Shown here piece by piece: positions 30,571 to 40,228 of a DNA stretch of 64,000 bases. Numbering within the stretch: the stretch's first letter is position 1; each line of letters opens with the position of its first letter. Position numbers and translations under genes: made by a program. This DNA comes from an uncultured Gemmatimonadales bacterium (GTDB taxonomy: Bacteria > Gemmatimonadota > Gemmatimonadetes > Longimicrobiales > RSA9), in the NCBI GenBank assembly GCA_963798845.1, contig CAWCUS010000003.1:133151-197150 (forward strand), in the 5' to 3' direction. The notes beneath the pieces were generated by a model. That model saw nothing but the letters and a program-made list of their open reading frames with translations. It was not told the DNA's origin and made no database searches.

Positions 30571-30998
30571 ACACGACCACGGTGCTGCTGGTGGATGATG
30601 AGGCGGATTTCGTGTCTGTGCTGTCGGCACGGCTCCGCCATCGGGGACTGGAGGTGGCGACCGCACCGGATGGGCGGGCGGCGCTGGAGCAGGCGGCGGC
30701 AAGGTCGTTCGACGCCGTGCTCCTCGACATGGCCATGCCCGGACTGGACGGAATCGAGACGTTGAAGCGGCTCCGTGAGATCAACCCGGACATCCAGGTC
30801 ATCGTCCTGACGGGCAAGGCGACGCTGGCGCAGGGCGTGGAATCGATCAAGGCGGGAGCGCTGGACCTGGTGGAGAAGCCCGCGGATATCGACGCGCTCG
30901 TCGAGCGAATCGACGAGGCGGCCCGGCGGCGTGCCACGCTCGAGGGCCAGCGGATCCAGCGTCGGATCACGGACATCACGCGCAAGAAGGGCTGGTGA
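30567..30998 (+). CDS. Stand-alone REC response regulator
   Basis: GTGA overlap; LVDDE, LLDMAMPG, LTG, VEKP, helical tail ending KKGW. Confidence 0.9.
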   Translation: MNTTTVLLVDDEADFVSVLSARLRHRGLEVATAPDGRAALEQAAARSFDAVLLDMAMPGLDGIETLKRLREINPDIQVIVLTGKATLAQGVESIKAGALDLVEKPADIDALVERIDEAARRRATLEGQRIQRRITDITRKKGW

Positions 30999-31001
30999 CC
31001 C

Positions 31002-32606
31002 ATGAGCGACCGGGTGATGGCGTCGCCCGCGGCCGAGGCCGCGGAGGCAGGCGTTGTGACCTCCGGCGGGGGCGGATCCGTGGCGACGGACCCGCGGCAC
31101 GCGCCGGGCGCTCCTCCGGACCCGAGCATTCCGCCAGTGCTGGAGTTCGAGCCCGGCCCCAGCCGTGTGAACTGGCGCCGCGTGTTTCTGATGCTGCTCG
31201 GTGTCGCGCTCTTCGCGGCGGTCTACCTCGCGCCGGACCCCGGGCCCGCGGTGGACCCCCGGGGGCAGGCGTTCCCCCTCCCGCCGGAAGGCAAGGCGGC
31301 GCTGGCGCTGTTCCTGTTCGCGGCCACGTGGTGGATCGCGGAAGTGATCCCGATCGGGGTGACCAGCATCGCCATCGGCGTGGTGCAGGCGATCTTCCTG
31401 ATTCGCCCTGCCAGGACCGCGTTCACGGACTTCATGGACCCGTCGGTGTGGTTCATTTTCGGCTCGCTGGCGTTCGGCATGGTGTTCACCAAGACGGGGC
31501 TCACCCGACGGCTGGCGTACCGGATGCTCTCGCTGGTGGGCGAGCGGACGAGCATGATCTATCTCGGCTGCTTCGCCATGACATCGCTGCTCACGCTCAT
31601 CATGGCGCACACGGCGGTGGCCGCGACGGTGTTCCCGCTGCTCGTCGCGATCTACGCCCTCTACACCGACGAGACCGCGCCCACCCGGTTCGGGAAGGGG
31701 CTGTTCATGGGGATGGCCTTCGTGGCCGGCGCGGGGAGCGTGATGACGCTGCTCGGCGCTGCCCGCGGCGCTGTCGCCATCGGCTTCTACAACGACATCG
31801 CCGGGCGCTCGATCGGGTTCTTCGAGCTGAGCTACTACATGGTCCCGGTCGGGCTCGTCATGACGCTCCTGCTGTGGGCGTACTTCATGGTGTATTACCC
31901 GCCGGAGCGGAAGACCATCCCCGGCCTGCGCGAGCGCGCGCGAGCGCTGTACCGGGACCTGGGCCCCATGAGCCGCAACGAGCAGCTGGCGCTGGTCCTG
32001 GTGCTCGGAGCGATCCTGGTCCTCAGCCTGCGCAACTTCATCCCCGCTCTCGCGCCGATCGACAAGAGCGCCATCATCCTGACGGCGACGGTCCTCTTCT
32101 TCGCCCTCCGCATCGTCACCGTCGAGGACCTGGAGGGGACGTCGTGGAACATCGTGCTGCTGTTCGGCGGCGCCATGAGCCTCGGGTTCTGCCTGTGGCA
32201 GACGGGCGCGGCGGCGTGGCTCGCCATCCACTGGCTCAGCCTCTTCACCGAGGCGCACTGGATCGTGTTCGTGCTGGGCATCGCGTTCTTCGTCCTCATC
32301 ATGACGAACTTCATCATGAACGTCGCGGCCATAGCCATCACGATGCCGGTGGCGCTGGTCATGGCTCCGTACCTCAACGTCTCGCCGGAGGTGGTGCTGT
32401 TCGCCTGCCTCGTCACGGCCGGGATGCCGTTCATGCTTCTGATCGGCGCGGCACCCAACGCCATCGCCTACACGAGCAACCAGTTCACCACGCGGGAGTT
32501 CCTGTTCGCCGGGATCCCGGCCAGCCTGCTGCTGATGCTCGTGCTGGCGGCGTTCGTGTGGCTGATCTGGCCGGCCATGGGCATGCCGGTGCTGGCCCCG
32601 GGCTGA
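31002..32606 (+). CDS. DASS/SLC13 family Na+/anion (sulfate or dicarboxylate) symporter
   Basis: WWIAEVIP, many TM helices, WNIVLLFGGA.SLG, GAAPNAIAY. Confidence 0.9.
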   Translation: MSDRVMASPAAEAAEAGVVTSGGGGSVATDPRHAPGAPPDPSIPPVLEFEPGPSRVNWRRVFLMLLGVALFAAVYLAPDPGPAVDPRGQAFPLPPEGKAALALFLFAATWWIAEVIPIGVTSIAIGVVQAIFLIRPARTAFTDFMDPSVWFIFGSLAFGMVFTKTGLTRRLAYRMLSLVGERTSMIYLGCFAMTSLLTLIMAHTAVAATVFPLLVAIYALYTDETAPTRFGKGLFMGMAFVAGAGSVMTLLGAARGAVAIGFYNDIAGRSIGFFELSYYMVPVGLVMTLLLWAYFMVYYPPERKTIPGLRERARALYRDLGPMSRNEQLALVLVLGAILVLSLRNFIPALAPIDKSAIILTATVLFFALRIVTVEDLEGTSWNIVLLFGGAMSLGFCLWQTGAAAWLAIHWLSLFTEAHWIVFVLGIAFFVLIMTNFIMNVAAIAITMPVALVMAPYLNVSPEVVLFACLVTAGMPFMLLIGAAPNAIAYTSNQFTTREFLFAGIPASLLLMLVLAAFVWLIWPAMGMPVLAPG

Positions 32607-32705
32607 ACGCGGGGCAGGGGCGCGCCGCCTGACCGCGGCGCGGGACGCGGCGTTGACGCGGGACGCAGGCCTCGCCGGCGGGGCGCCGCGGGCGCGGCTC
32701 CTCGC

Positions 32706-33572
32706 CTAGCGCTCCCGGACGGCCACCCGGGCGGCAATGCTGGCGAGGAGCACGACCACGATGAGCACCAGCGCGGCTGCCCACGCCTGTCGGTGCCAGT
32801 CGTCGTAGGGGGAGATGGCGTAGCTGAAGATCTGGAGCGGGAGCGCGGCCATCGGGTGGCCGGGATTGAGGGTCCAGAAGTTGTTGCCCAGCGCGGTGAA
32901 CAGCAGCGGCGCGGTCTCCCCCGCGATCCGGGCGACGGCCACGAGGATGCCGGTGACGATGCCGCTGCGGGCTGCGGGGAGTATGATCATCACGGTGGTG
33001 CGCCAGCGGCTGGCGCCGAGGGCGAGCCCGCCTTCGCGCAGCTCGCTCGGAACGAGGCGCACCATCTCCTCGGTGGTGCGCGTCACCATGGGGACGAGCA
33101 TGATCGCCAGTGCCACGCTCCCGGCGAACGCGGAGAAGTGGCCCATGGCCACGACGATCCACGCCCAGACAAAGATCCCGACCACGATGGACGGGATGCC
33201 GTTCATGACGTCGGCAATGAAGCGCACTGCCATGGCCACGCGGCTGCGGTCGTGCTCGGCGAGGTAGATGCCGGCACCGACGGCGATGGGAATGCCGATG
33301 GCGCAGGCCATGCCGACGATCAGCAGCGTGCCCGCCAGCCCGTTCGCCATCCCGCCACCGGACTCTCCCGGGGGCGCGGGCATGTGGGTGAAGAAGTCGA
33401 CGCCCAGCGAGGTGACGCCAGCGGCGAGCAGGTGCCACAGGATGAGCACGAGGGGCACCACCGTGGCCACTGCCGCGACGCCCGTGAGGGTGAGCATGAC
33501 GACGTTGATGAGCCTTCGACGGCGATCGCGCCACGTCGCCTGCCGGCCCCAAGCGCCGTGCTGCGGGCTCAC
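32706..33572 (-). CDS. pstA: Phosphate ABC permease PstA
   Basis: GIYLAE, GIPSIVVG, ARIAGETAPLLFT. Confidence 0.95.
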   Translation of the reverse strand: MSPQHGAWGRQATWRDRRRRLINVVMLTLTGVAAVATVVPLVLILWHLLAAGVTSLGVDFFTHMPAPPGESGGGMANGLAGTLLIVGMACAIGIPIAVGAGIYLAEHDRSRVAMAVRFIADVMNGIPSIVVGIFVWAWIVVAMGHFSAFAGSVALAIMLVPMVTRTTEEMVRLVPSELREGGLALGASRWRTTVMIILPAARSGIVTGILVAVARIAGETAPLLFTALGNNFWTLNPGHPMAALPLQIFSYAISPYDDWHRQAWAAALVLIVVVLLASIAARVAVRER

Positions 33573-34579
33573 GCGTGGCTCCGCGCGATGCGCCAGACCA
33601 GGAGCCGGGCCAGGGCGTTCACCACGATGGTGACGCCGAGGAGGACCAGTCCGATCTCCATGAGCGCGGACAGGTAGAGGTCGCTCGAGGCCTCGGTGAA
33701 CTCGTTGGCCAGGACGCTGGCCATGGTGTAGCCCGGGTGGAAGATGGACGAGGGGATCTCGGGACGGTTCCCGATGACCATGGTCACGGCCATGGTCTCA
33801 CCGAGCGCGCGGCCGAGGCCGAGCATGACGGCGCCGAAGATCCCGGGGAGCGCGGCGGGCAACACGGCGCCGCGCACCATCTCCCACTGGGTCGCCCCCA
33901 GCGCGAACGCCGCCTCGCGCTGATCGGTCGGCACGGCCGCGATCACCTCGCGGGAAACCGCGGATATGAACGGGATGATCATGATGGCCAGGATCACGCC
34001 GGCTGCGAAGATGCTGACGCCATACGCCGGCCCGGCCAGGAACCCGACGGAGTCCCCGAGGGCGCGGGAGAGCGGCTCCTCGACGATATTACGGAGCCAC
34101 GGGACGAGGACGAAGATCCCCCACAGCCCGTAGACGACGCTGGGGATCGCCGCCAGCAGATCCGTGGCAAACGCCACGGGCCCCGCCAGCCACCGCGGCG
34201 CCAGCTCCGTGAGGAAGAGCGCCAGACCGAGGGCGAAGGGAAGCGCGACTGCAACAGCGATAACCGACGAAACGACCGTGCCGAAGATGAATGGAAGCGC
34301 CCCGAACTCCCCGGCCACCGGGTTCCATTCCGAGCTGGTGAGGAACGCGCTGCCAAACGCCTTCATCGCCGGCCACGCCGAGCCTCCGACGCGGTAGACG
34401 ATAAAAGCGAAAAGGACCGGGAGCGTGAGCCCGAGGACCAGCAGGATGCCGTCGTAGATGCGGTCCGGGAGATGGCCGTGCCCGCGCCGCCGTCGGATTC
34501 GCGCCAGCCGACCGCGGAGGCCCCGCTCGGGGACCCCCGGCTGATCGGAACCGGTCGGAGTGACGGGCGGCGCAGCCAC
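33569..34579 (-). CDS. pstC: Phosphate ABC permease PstC
   Basis: LAAIPSVVYGLWG, GRALGETMAVTMVIGN, ANEF.EA. Confidence 0.95.
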   Translation of the reverse strand: MAAPPVTPTGSDQPGVPERGLRGRLARIRRRRGHGHLPDRIYDGILLVLGLTLPVLFAFIVYRVGGSAWPAMKAFGSAFLTSSEWNPVAGEFGALPFIFGTVVSSVIAVAVALPFALGLALFLTELAPRWLAGPVAFATDLLAAIPSVVYGLWGIFVLVPWLRNIVEEPLSRALGDSVGFLAGPAYGVSIFAAGVILAIMIIPFISAVSREVIAAVPTDQREAAFALGATQWEMVRGAVLPAALPGIFGAVMLGLGRALGETMAVTMVIGNRPEIPSSIFHPGYTMASVLANEFTEASSDLYLSALMEIGLVLLGVTIVVNALARLLVWRIARSHA

Positions 34580-34581
34580 CG

Positions 34582-35712
34582 TCAGGTCGAGGCGGTGTCG
34601 GCCGCACCGGCGCTCACCGGCTGGCCATTCGGGCCACAGGTCACCGAATGGAGCTTGTCGAGCACGTAAGACTGGACGTTGTCGGGGAGCGGCGCATAGT
34701 CGAGGGTGCGCGCGGCCTGGTCACCGTTCCGGAGCGACCAGCTGAACACGCGAACCAGAGCGTTCGCCTTCCGACAGTCGTCCATGTGCTGGTGCACGAG
34801 GATGTACGACCACGCAGCGAGCGGGTACGCCTGCGCGCCGGGCGCATTCACGATGGACAGCTTGAAGTCCGGATGTGCCTCGATCTGCTGCTCGAGCGAT
34901 GCTGCCGCGGCGGCCGTGCTCTCCACCGACGGCTGCACGAAGCTGCCCTCGCGGTTCTTCAGTTGGGCGACGGCCAGGCCGTTCTGCATGGCGTAGGCGA
35001 GCTCCACGTAGCCGACCGCGCCCTCGGTCTGCTTCACCTGGCCGGCCACCCCTTCGTTCCCCTTGGCGCCCAGCCCCGTGGGCCACGAGAGCGACTTCCC
35101 CACGCCGGGACCGCCCTTCCACGTGTCACTCACGCTGGCCAGGTAGTCGCTGAAGATGTACGTGGTCCCGCTCCCATCGGAGCGGTGCACCACCAGGATG
35201 TCCTCGTCCGGGAGGTCCACGCCCGCGTTCAGATCCCGGATCTCGGGCGCGTTCCAGCGGGTGATGTTGCCGTGGAAGATGTCCGCCAGCACGGGCCCGC
35301 TCAGCTTCAGCGGCTGCTGCACCGACGGCAGGTTGTACGTCACCGTCACGGCACCGAGGATCACGGGGAGGTTCATGGCGCCGGGGATCTTGGCCTGCTC
35401 CTCGTCGGTCAGCGGGGCGTCCGTGGCGCCGAAGTCCACGGTCCCCTCCGTGAACTGCCGGATACCGCCGCCGGAGCCGATGGGCTGGTAGTTCACCTGG
35501 AGCGGGTTGCTCCTGCCATAGTCGGCGAACCAGCGCGAGAAGATGGGATAGTCGAAGCTCGAGCCGGCGCCCGTGAGCGCGAGCGCGCTACCGCCGCCCG
35601 CAGCCTCGCCGCTCATCTCTCCCGGCGTCGCGCCGCCCTGATCGCCTCCTCCGCACGCGGCCGCGACCAGGGTGGCCGCGACCAGCAGCGTCAGTTTCCG
35701 CGTGTCGAACAT
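34582..35712 (-). CDS. pstS: Phosphate-binding lipoprotein PstS
   Basis: Lipobox AAAC, GAGSSF, YQPIGSGGG, DFGATD, HRSDGSGTT, GKGNEG-like GAKGNEG. Confidence 0.96.
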   Translation of the reverse strand: MFDTRKLTLLVAATLVAAACGGGDQGGATPGEMSGEAAGGGSALALTGAGSSFDYPIFSRWFADYGRSNPLQVNYQPIGSGGGIRQFTEGTVDFGATDAPLTDEEQAKIPGAMNLPVILGAVTVTYNLPSVQQPLKLSGPVLADIFHGNITRWNAPEIRDLNAGVDLPDEDILVVHRSDGSGTTYIFSDYLASVSDTWKGGPGVGKSLSWPTGLGAKGNEGVAGQVKQTEGAVGYVELAYAMQNGLAVAQLKNREGSFVQPSVESTAAAAASLEQQIEAHPDFKLSIVNAPGAQAYPLAAWSYILVHQHMDDCRKANALVRVFSWSLRNGDQAARTLDYAPLPDNVQSYVLDKLHSVTCGPNGQPVSAGAADTAST

Positions 35713-35806
35713 GTCGTTTCCTTTCGTTGCCTGCCGGGCTGTCGCGCCAGGAACATGCCGGCTCCTCGTTTGGTCCGTGTTTCGGACTGGCGACGGCCGC
35801 GTGGCG

Positions 35807-36826
35807 CTAGAACGTGAACTCCACCTGGAACAGTGCGCGCGAGCGAAACGCTTCCACGTCGGGGTCCAGGATGTCGCTCTGGTAGAAGCCGTGGTCGAGG
35901 TCCGCCAGCACCAGCACGTTGGGTGCGAGCTGGTACGAGACGCCGCCGATCACCACCGTGTGGCCGTCGCTGGGGTGGTCGACGTCGGGATCCACGACGT
36001 CCACCCGACCGATGACCTGGAAAGGCGACTCCGGCAGGCGCAGCACGCCGAACGCGCTCAGTACCCGGCCGTCGACAGCGGCGACGTCGCCCTGCGCGTC
36101 CCGCGTCACCGCGTACTCGCCCGCCAGCGTCAGCCCGCTCGAGCGATACGAGACCATTCCGGCGAATCGATCGCGCGCGCCGCCGCCGGTGTAGGCGCCG
36201 AGCTGGGCGTAGCCGGTGAGGCGGAGCCCGCCTACACGGGTCGCGTCGTCCGTGGCCAGGACCCTGTACGAAGCGCGCGCCTCGAAGTCCTTCCTGCGGT
36301 CTCCCGGCGTCCCATGGTACCCTTCCCCGTTCACCACGACCGCCTGAGCGTTGAGCTTTTCCCCGCCCCACGAGCCATCCACGCCGAACCCGAGGTCGGA
36401 CGAGGTGATGTACCCCGCCCGCTCGATCGCCATGGGACTCTGCAGACGGTAGCCCCAGAGCGCCTCGACCCAGTCGAGCCATGGCGTGTGGATCTGACCG
36501 AACTTGAGCGTCACCGGACTGGATTCGGGCGTCCACGCCACGTACGCGTACTTGAGCCGCAGGTCGAGCGAACCGTTCGCCGCCCGGTAGATGTCCGTCG
36601 TGACCCGCGTCGCCACGCCGTGGTCGAAGCTTCCGCGCACGTTCACGTACGCGCGGGTGAGATCGAAGTTGTTGCCGCGGCCGATCGTGTCGGAGATTTG
36701 ATACGAGTACTGGGCGTACACCAGCCCGCCAACCTTCAGCGTCGGCCCCTGCGCCTCCGACCCCTTCGCGAAGGCGGCGATCGCCACTCCGACTGCCACG
36801 CTGATTCCCCAGCCACGCAGCGCCAT
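35807..36826 (-). CDS. Outer-membrane porin, probably phosphate-selective
   Basis: Signal peptide, FDLTRAYVN, LKYAY, alternating beta-strands, terminal Phe; upstream of pstS. Confidence 0.75.
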   Translation of the reverse strand: MALRGWGISVAVGVAIAAFAKGSEAQGPTLKVGGLVYAQYSYQISDTIGRGNNFDLTRAYVNVRGSFDHGVATRVTTDIYRAANGSLDLRLKYAYVAWTPESSPVTLKFGQIHTPWLDWVEALWGYRLQSPMAIERAGYITSSDLGFGVDGSWGGEKLNAQAVVVNGEGYHGTPGDRRKDFEARASYRVLATDDATRVGGLRLTGYAQLGAYTGGGARDRFAGMVSYRSSGLTLAGEYAVTRDAQGDVAAVDGRVLSAFGVLRLPESPFQVIGRVDVVDPDVDHPSDGHTVVIGGVSYQLAPNVLVLADLDHGFYQSDILDPDVEAFRSRALFQVEFTF

Positions 36827-36892
36827 GCACACTGTCCCCCGATGAGGTGGATCGCTGTAGCGTGTGCAACGTGGGCTGCCGGAGTCCGTTCG

Positions 36893-36923
36893 GAGTCACG
36901 CCTCCGTAACAGTCACGTAACCA
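36893..36923 (-). promoter_or_regulatory. Putative Pho box
   Basis: Minus strand GTTAC-n6-GTTAC-n6-GTGAC (11-bp period) about 70 bp upstream of porin-pstSCA. Confidence 0.5.
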
Positions 36924-37598
36924 GCGGCGACGTCCGAGAATGGACACACGGGCGATCCGGCCGCTCTCGTAGAGGTCGAAGACACCAGGGTCGTGAAGGA
37001 GTGAGGGGTTGGCGGCGATGACGTCGGCGCGGCCTACGGCCAGGAGCGCGAGCACGGCCGGGCCTCTCACGTTCGAGTCGGGGAATCGGACGGCGGCGAC
37101 GAGGGCGGGCATGAGCGCGTCCGCCTCGGTCCGGGCGAGGGGCCCGAGCCGGGAGATGGCGCGCAGCACGGAAGGGCGGAAGTGGCGCAGGTCCTCGTCA
37201 GCGAGCTCCACGAGGAAGTGGACGATGATCGGGATATAGTCGCACAGCTCGGACGGCCGGCGGGCAACGATCTCGGCCATGGCCTCGGGCGCGCGCCAGC
37301 AGATGCCGCCCGACTCCTCGGACATGAGCCAGTTGAGCCTGCGCACGGTTTCCCGGGCGACGCCGGGCTCCCCGGCGGCCGCGACCCGGTCCGCGGCGAG
37401 GCCGAGCGCGTCCACGGCGCGCCAGCTGACGAGGGGGTCGGGGTCGTACGTGAGGGAGATGAGGAGACCGAGCACGCGGTGCCGCTCGCGTGCCCGCTCG
37501 GCGACCTGGTCGAGGTCGCCCGCGGCGAGGAGGGTGCGGAGCGCTCGACGCGAGTAGGGTGACCCCGGCGTCCGCTCGGGCTCGAGCGTCTCAGTCAT
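36896..37598 (-). CDS. DVU0298-like HEAT-repeat protein with apparent +1 frameshift at ~36939
   Basis: WRAV.ALG, RRL.W.MSEESGGI.W.APEAMAEI. Removing one base gives ...RVSISDVAAGYVTVTEA* ending at 36896. Confidence 0.75.
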
Positions 37599-40104
37599 GC
37601 GCCAGCGCCCGTTCGATGGCGGCCTTGACGTCCACGCGGCCTTCGGCCACCTCGGCCGCTTCCAGGGCGGCCCTCGCCTCCGGCGTTCCCAGTCGTGACA
37701 GCGCCTGGACGGAGGCGGTGGCGAAGAGGGGATCGTAGTCCTTCAGGCCGCGCCCGGCCACCGCGAGGGCGCGCGCCGTGTCACCCGCCGCGACCAATCC
37801 GTAGAGGGAGGTGCTGCGAAGGGCGCGGGACTCCGCCGGGTCGGTGAGCCGCACCAGCGCATCCACGGCGCGCGGGTCGTGGAGCCCGGCCAGCGCCCGG
37901 GCGGCGGTGCGGCGGAGGGCTTCCGGGTTGCCCGGCTCGCTGGCCGCGACGACCGTCGCCAGGGCCTCGGTGCCGGCGAGCTCGGCGTACACGGAGAGGG
38001 CCGACGAGCGGGTCTCGGTCGCGGGATCGTGACGGGCCATCTGGACGGCCGTGTCCGCGAGGCCGTGCGGCGCCAGGCGTTGGAGGGCCCGCAGCGCTGC
38101 GGCGCGCACGCCGCCGTCGGGATCGCGCAGGGCCGCCCGCACAACCGCAATGCTGGCCGGATCGGCGGCGGGACTGACAGCGGCGCCGGCCTCCCCGCCG
38201 TCCGCTGCGACGGCACCGCCGGACCGCCGACCTGGTCCGCTCGCGACCTCCCCTCCAGCGATCTGGCGGATCGACTCGACCCGGAGCTGCGCGATGTGCT
38301 CGTTGAGCACGAGGAAACGGCGCGCCGCAACGGCGGCGCTGTCCCGGGAGCCGGCCAGGGCGCGGAGGGCCCAGTTGCGCCCGGCGGCGTCGAGGTCGTG
38401 GCGCGCCATGTCCGCGAGCTCCGCGACGCTCTGGTCGGTGTGCACGCTCCCCATCAGCCAGCCGCCCTCATCGAAGCGGAAGGAGACCGGCGGGGACGGC
38501 AGCGGGATCCGGAAGGCCTCGTGCTGTTTCGACACCATGATCTCGTGTCGCACCACGGAGTCGGCGGTGACGACGCGGACGGTGACGGGGAAGCGGAACA
38601 GGGGCCGGACCGAGTCGACGGGCTGGGTCTGGTCGACCGTGACGGTGAGCACGCCTGCATCGGCGTCCCAGCCGCGGGCCACATCGAGCCGTGGGTAGCC
38701 CACACCGTACGCCCACTGGTCGAAGAACCAGTCGAGATCGCAGCCGCACGTCTTCTCGAAGGCCACGGCGAAGTCGGGAGTGGTGACCGGCTTGTGGGCG
38801 TTGTCCACCAGGAAGCGGTGCATGCCCGCCCAGAACACCGAGTCGCCGAGGAGGCGGCGGAGCTGGTGGGCGAGCTGCGCGCCCTTGGGATAGATGTGAC
38901 CGCTGAAGAAAAGAACGATGGGGTCGGTGCCGGGATACTCTCCCCAGACCAGCGGCCGGGCCTGGCGGGTGTCCGCCTGCATGGTCTGCCGCTGCTGCCC
39001 GTACCACTCGAGCTGCGCTTCGTCCCAGCCGCGCGTCTTCTCCTCCTGGACCGACTCCATGTATGTGGTCAGTCCCTCGTTCAACCACGCGTTCGCCCAG
39101 TTGGCCGTGGTGGTGTAGTCACCGAACCACTGGTGAGCGAGCTCGTGGGCGACCAGTCCCCGGCTCCCGCTGGGCTCCGTTCCCGGGCCCTCCAGCGCGT
39201 CGTCCGTCTGCGTGGTGGCCGACACGTTCTCCATCCCGCCATACGTGAAATCCGGGATCGCGGACTGGTCGTACTTCGCCCACGGAAACGGCACCCCCGT
39301 GAGGCGCGAGTAGAGCTCGATCATGGACGGCGTCTCGCCGAACGCGCGCCAGCCTGCGCCCACCGTGTCGGGGTAGACCCAGTAGTCCACGGGCTTCCCC
39401 CGCCAGTGATCGCGGAGCACGGTGAAAGGGCCCACCACGACGCTGTAGAGGTACGTGGACGCTGGCTCGTCCTGCGACCAGTGCCAGACTTTCTGCGCTC
39501 CGCCGTTCACGGGCTCGACGCCGACCAGCCGGCCGTTGGACAGGACCTTCATGGCCGAGTCGGCCGTGACCAGCATCTCCCACGTGGTCTTGTCGTTGGC
39601 GTTGTCGTACGTGGGCACCCACGCCCGCGTCTCGGTGGCTTCGCCCTGCGACCATACCACGTGCTTCCGGGGCACGAAGTAGATGCCGCGAACCGGGTGC
39701 GTGTGGTAGGCCAGCGTGAACGTCGCGGTGTCGCCCGCGCGGATGCGCCCGGGGAGACGGACCGTGACGTGGCTGGTGTCGGCGTCGAAGCGGATCTTCC
39801 GGCCACCCATGGTCGCGGCGTCGATCGTGAGCTGCTCGGCGTTGAGCCGGATCGAGTCCGTCGCCTCCCTGGCGATCACGGTTGTGGTCACTTCGCCCTT
39901 CACCAGCCGCTCGGCCTCGTCGAAGGAGACCGCCAGCTTCTGGTGCACCAGGTCGTAGTCGTGTTCAGCCTGCGGCCAGGTGCGCGGCGGCGAGTACCGC
40001 CCCACCTCGCCGGCGGCGTGGCCGGCCTGGGCCGCGGCCCTGGAGGGGAAGAGCGGCGCCGCGAGCGCGGCGGCGAGGAAGGTGAGGATTGCAGTGCGGG
40101 TCAT
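37591..40104 (-). CDS. Secreted M1 family aminopeptidase with C-terminal HEAT repeats
   Basis: Signal peptide, GGMEN, HELAHQW...WLNEG, IYPKG. Confidence 0.93.
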   Translation of the reverse strand: MTRTAILTFLAAALAAPLFPSRAAAQAGHAAGEVGRYSPPRTWPQAEHDYDLVHQKLAVSFDEAERLVKGEVTTTVIAREATDSIRLNAEQLTIDAATMGGRKIRFDADTSHVTVRLPGRIRAGDTATFTLAYHTHPVRGIYFVPRKHVVWSQGEATETRAWVPTYDNANDKTTWEMLVTADSAMKVLSNGRLVGVEPVNGGAQKVWHWSQDEPASTYLYSVVVGPFTVLRDHWRGKPVDYWVYPDTVGAGWRAFGETPSMIELYSRLTGVPFPWAKYDQSAIPDFTYGGMENVSATTQTDDALEGPGTEPSGSRGLVAHELAHQWFGDYTTTANWANAWLNEGLTTYMESVQEEKTRGWDEAQLEWYGQQRQTMQADTRQARPLVWGEYPGTDPIVLFFSGHIYPKGAQLAHQLRRLLGDSVFWAGMHRFLVDNAHKPVTTPDFAVAFEKTCGCDLDWFFDQWAYGVGYPRLDVARGWDADAGVLTVTVDQTQPVDSVRPLFRFPVTVRVVTADSVVRHEIMVSKQHEAFRIPLPSPPVSFRFDEGGWLMGSVHTDQSVAELADMARHDLDAAGRNWALRALAGSRDSAAVAARRFLVLNEHIAQLRVESIRQIAGGEVASGPGRRSGGAVAADGGEAGAAVSPAADPASIAVVRAALRDPDGGVRAAALRALQRLAPHGLADTAVQMARHDPATETRSSALSVYAELAGTEALATVVAASEPGNPEALRRTAARALAGLHDPRAVDALVRLTDPAESRALRSTSLYGLVAAGDTARALAVAGRGLKDYDPLFATASVQALSRLGTPEARAALEAAEVAEGRVDVKAAIERALAHD

Positions 40105-40228
40105 CGGGGAGTCGGCTCCGTATCGGGTTCGAGTGCTCAGAGGCGCGGAGAAAGCGGGCGCGGAGACAGCATCACGCACGGGCGCTATGAGGGCGGAGAA
40201 GGTAGTGAACGGCGCACGCAGTTTCGCA

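Noticed and set aside
35691..36895. C-terminal ~400 aa of the 635-aa ORF
   Set aside because: Out-of-frame read-through over the porin, caused by the +1 frameshift near 36939.
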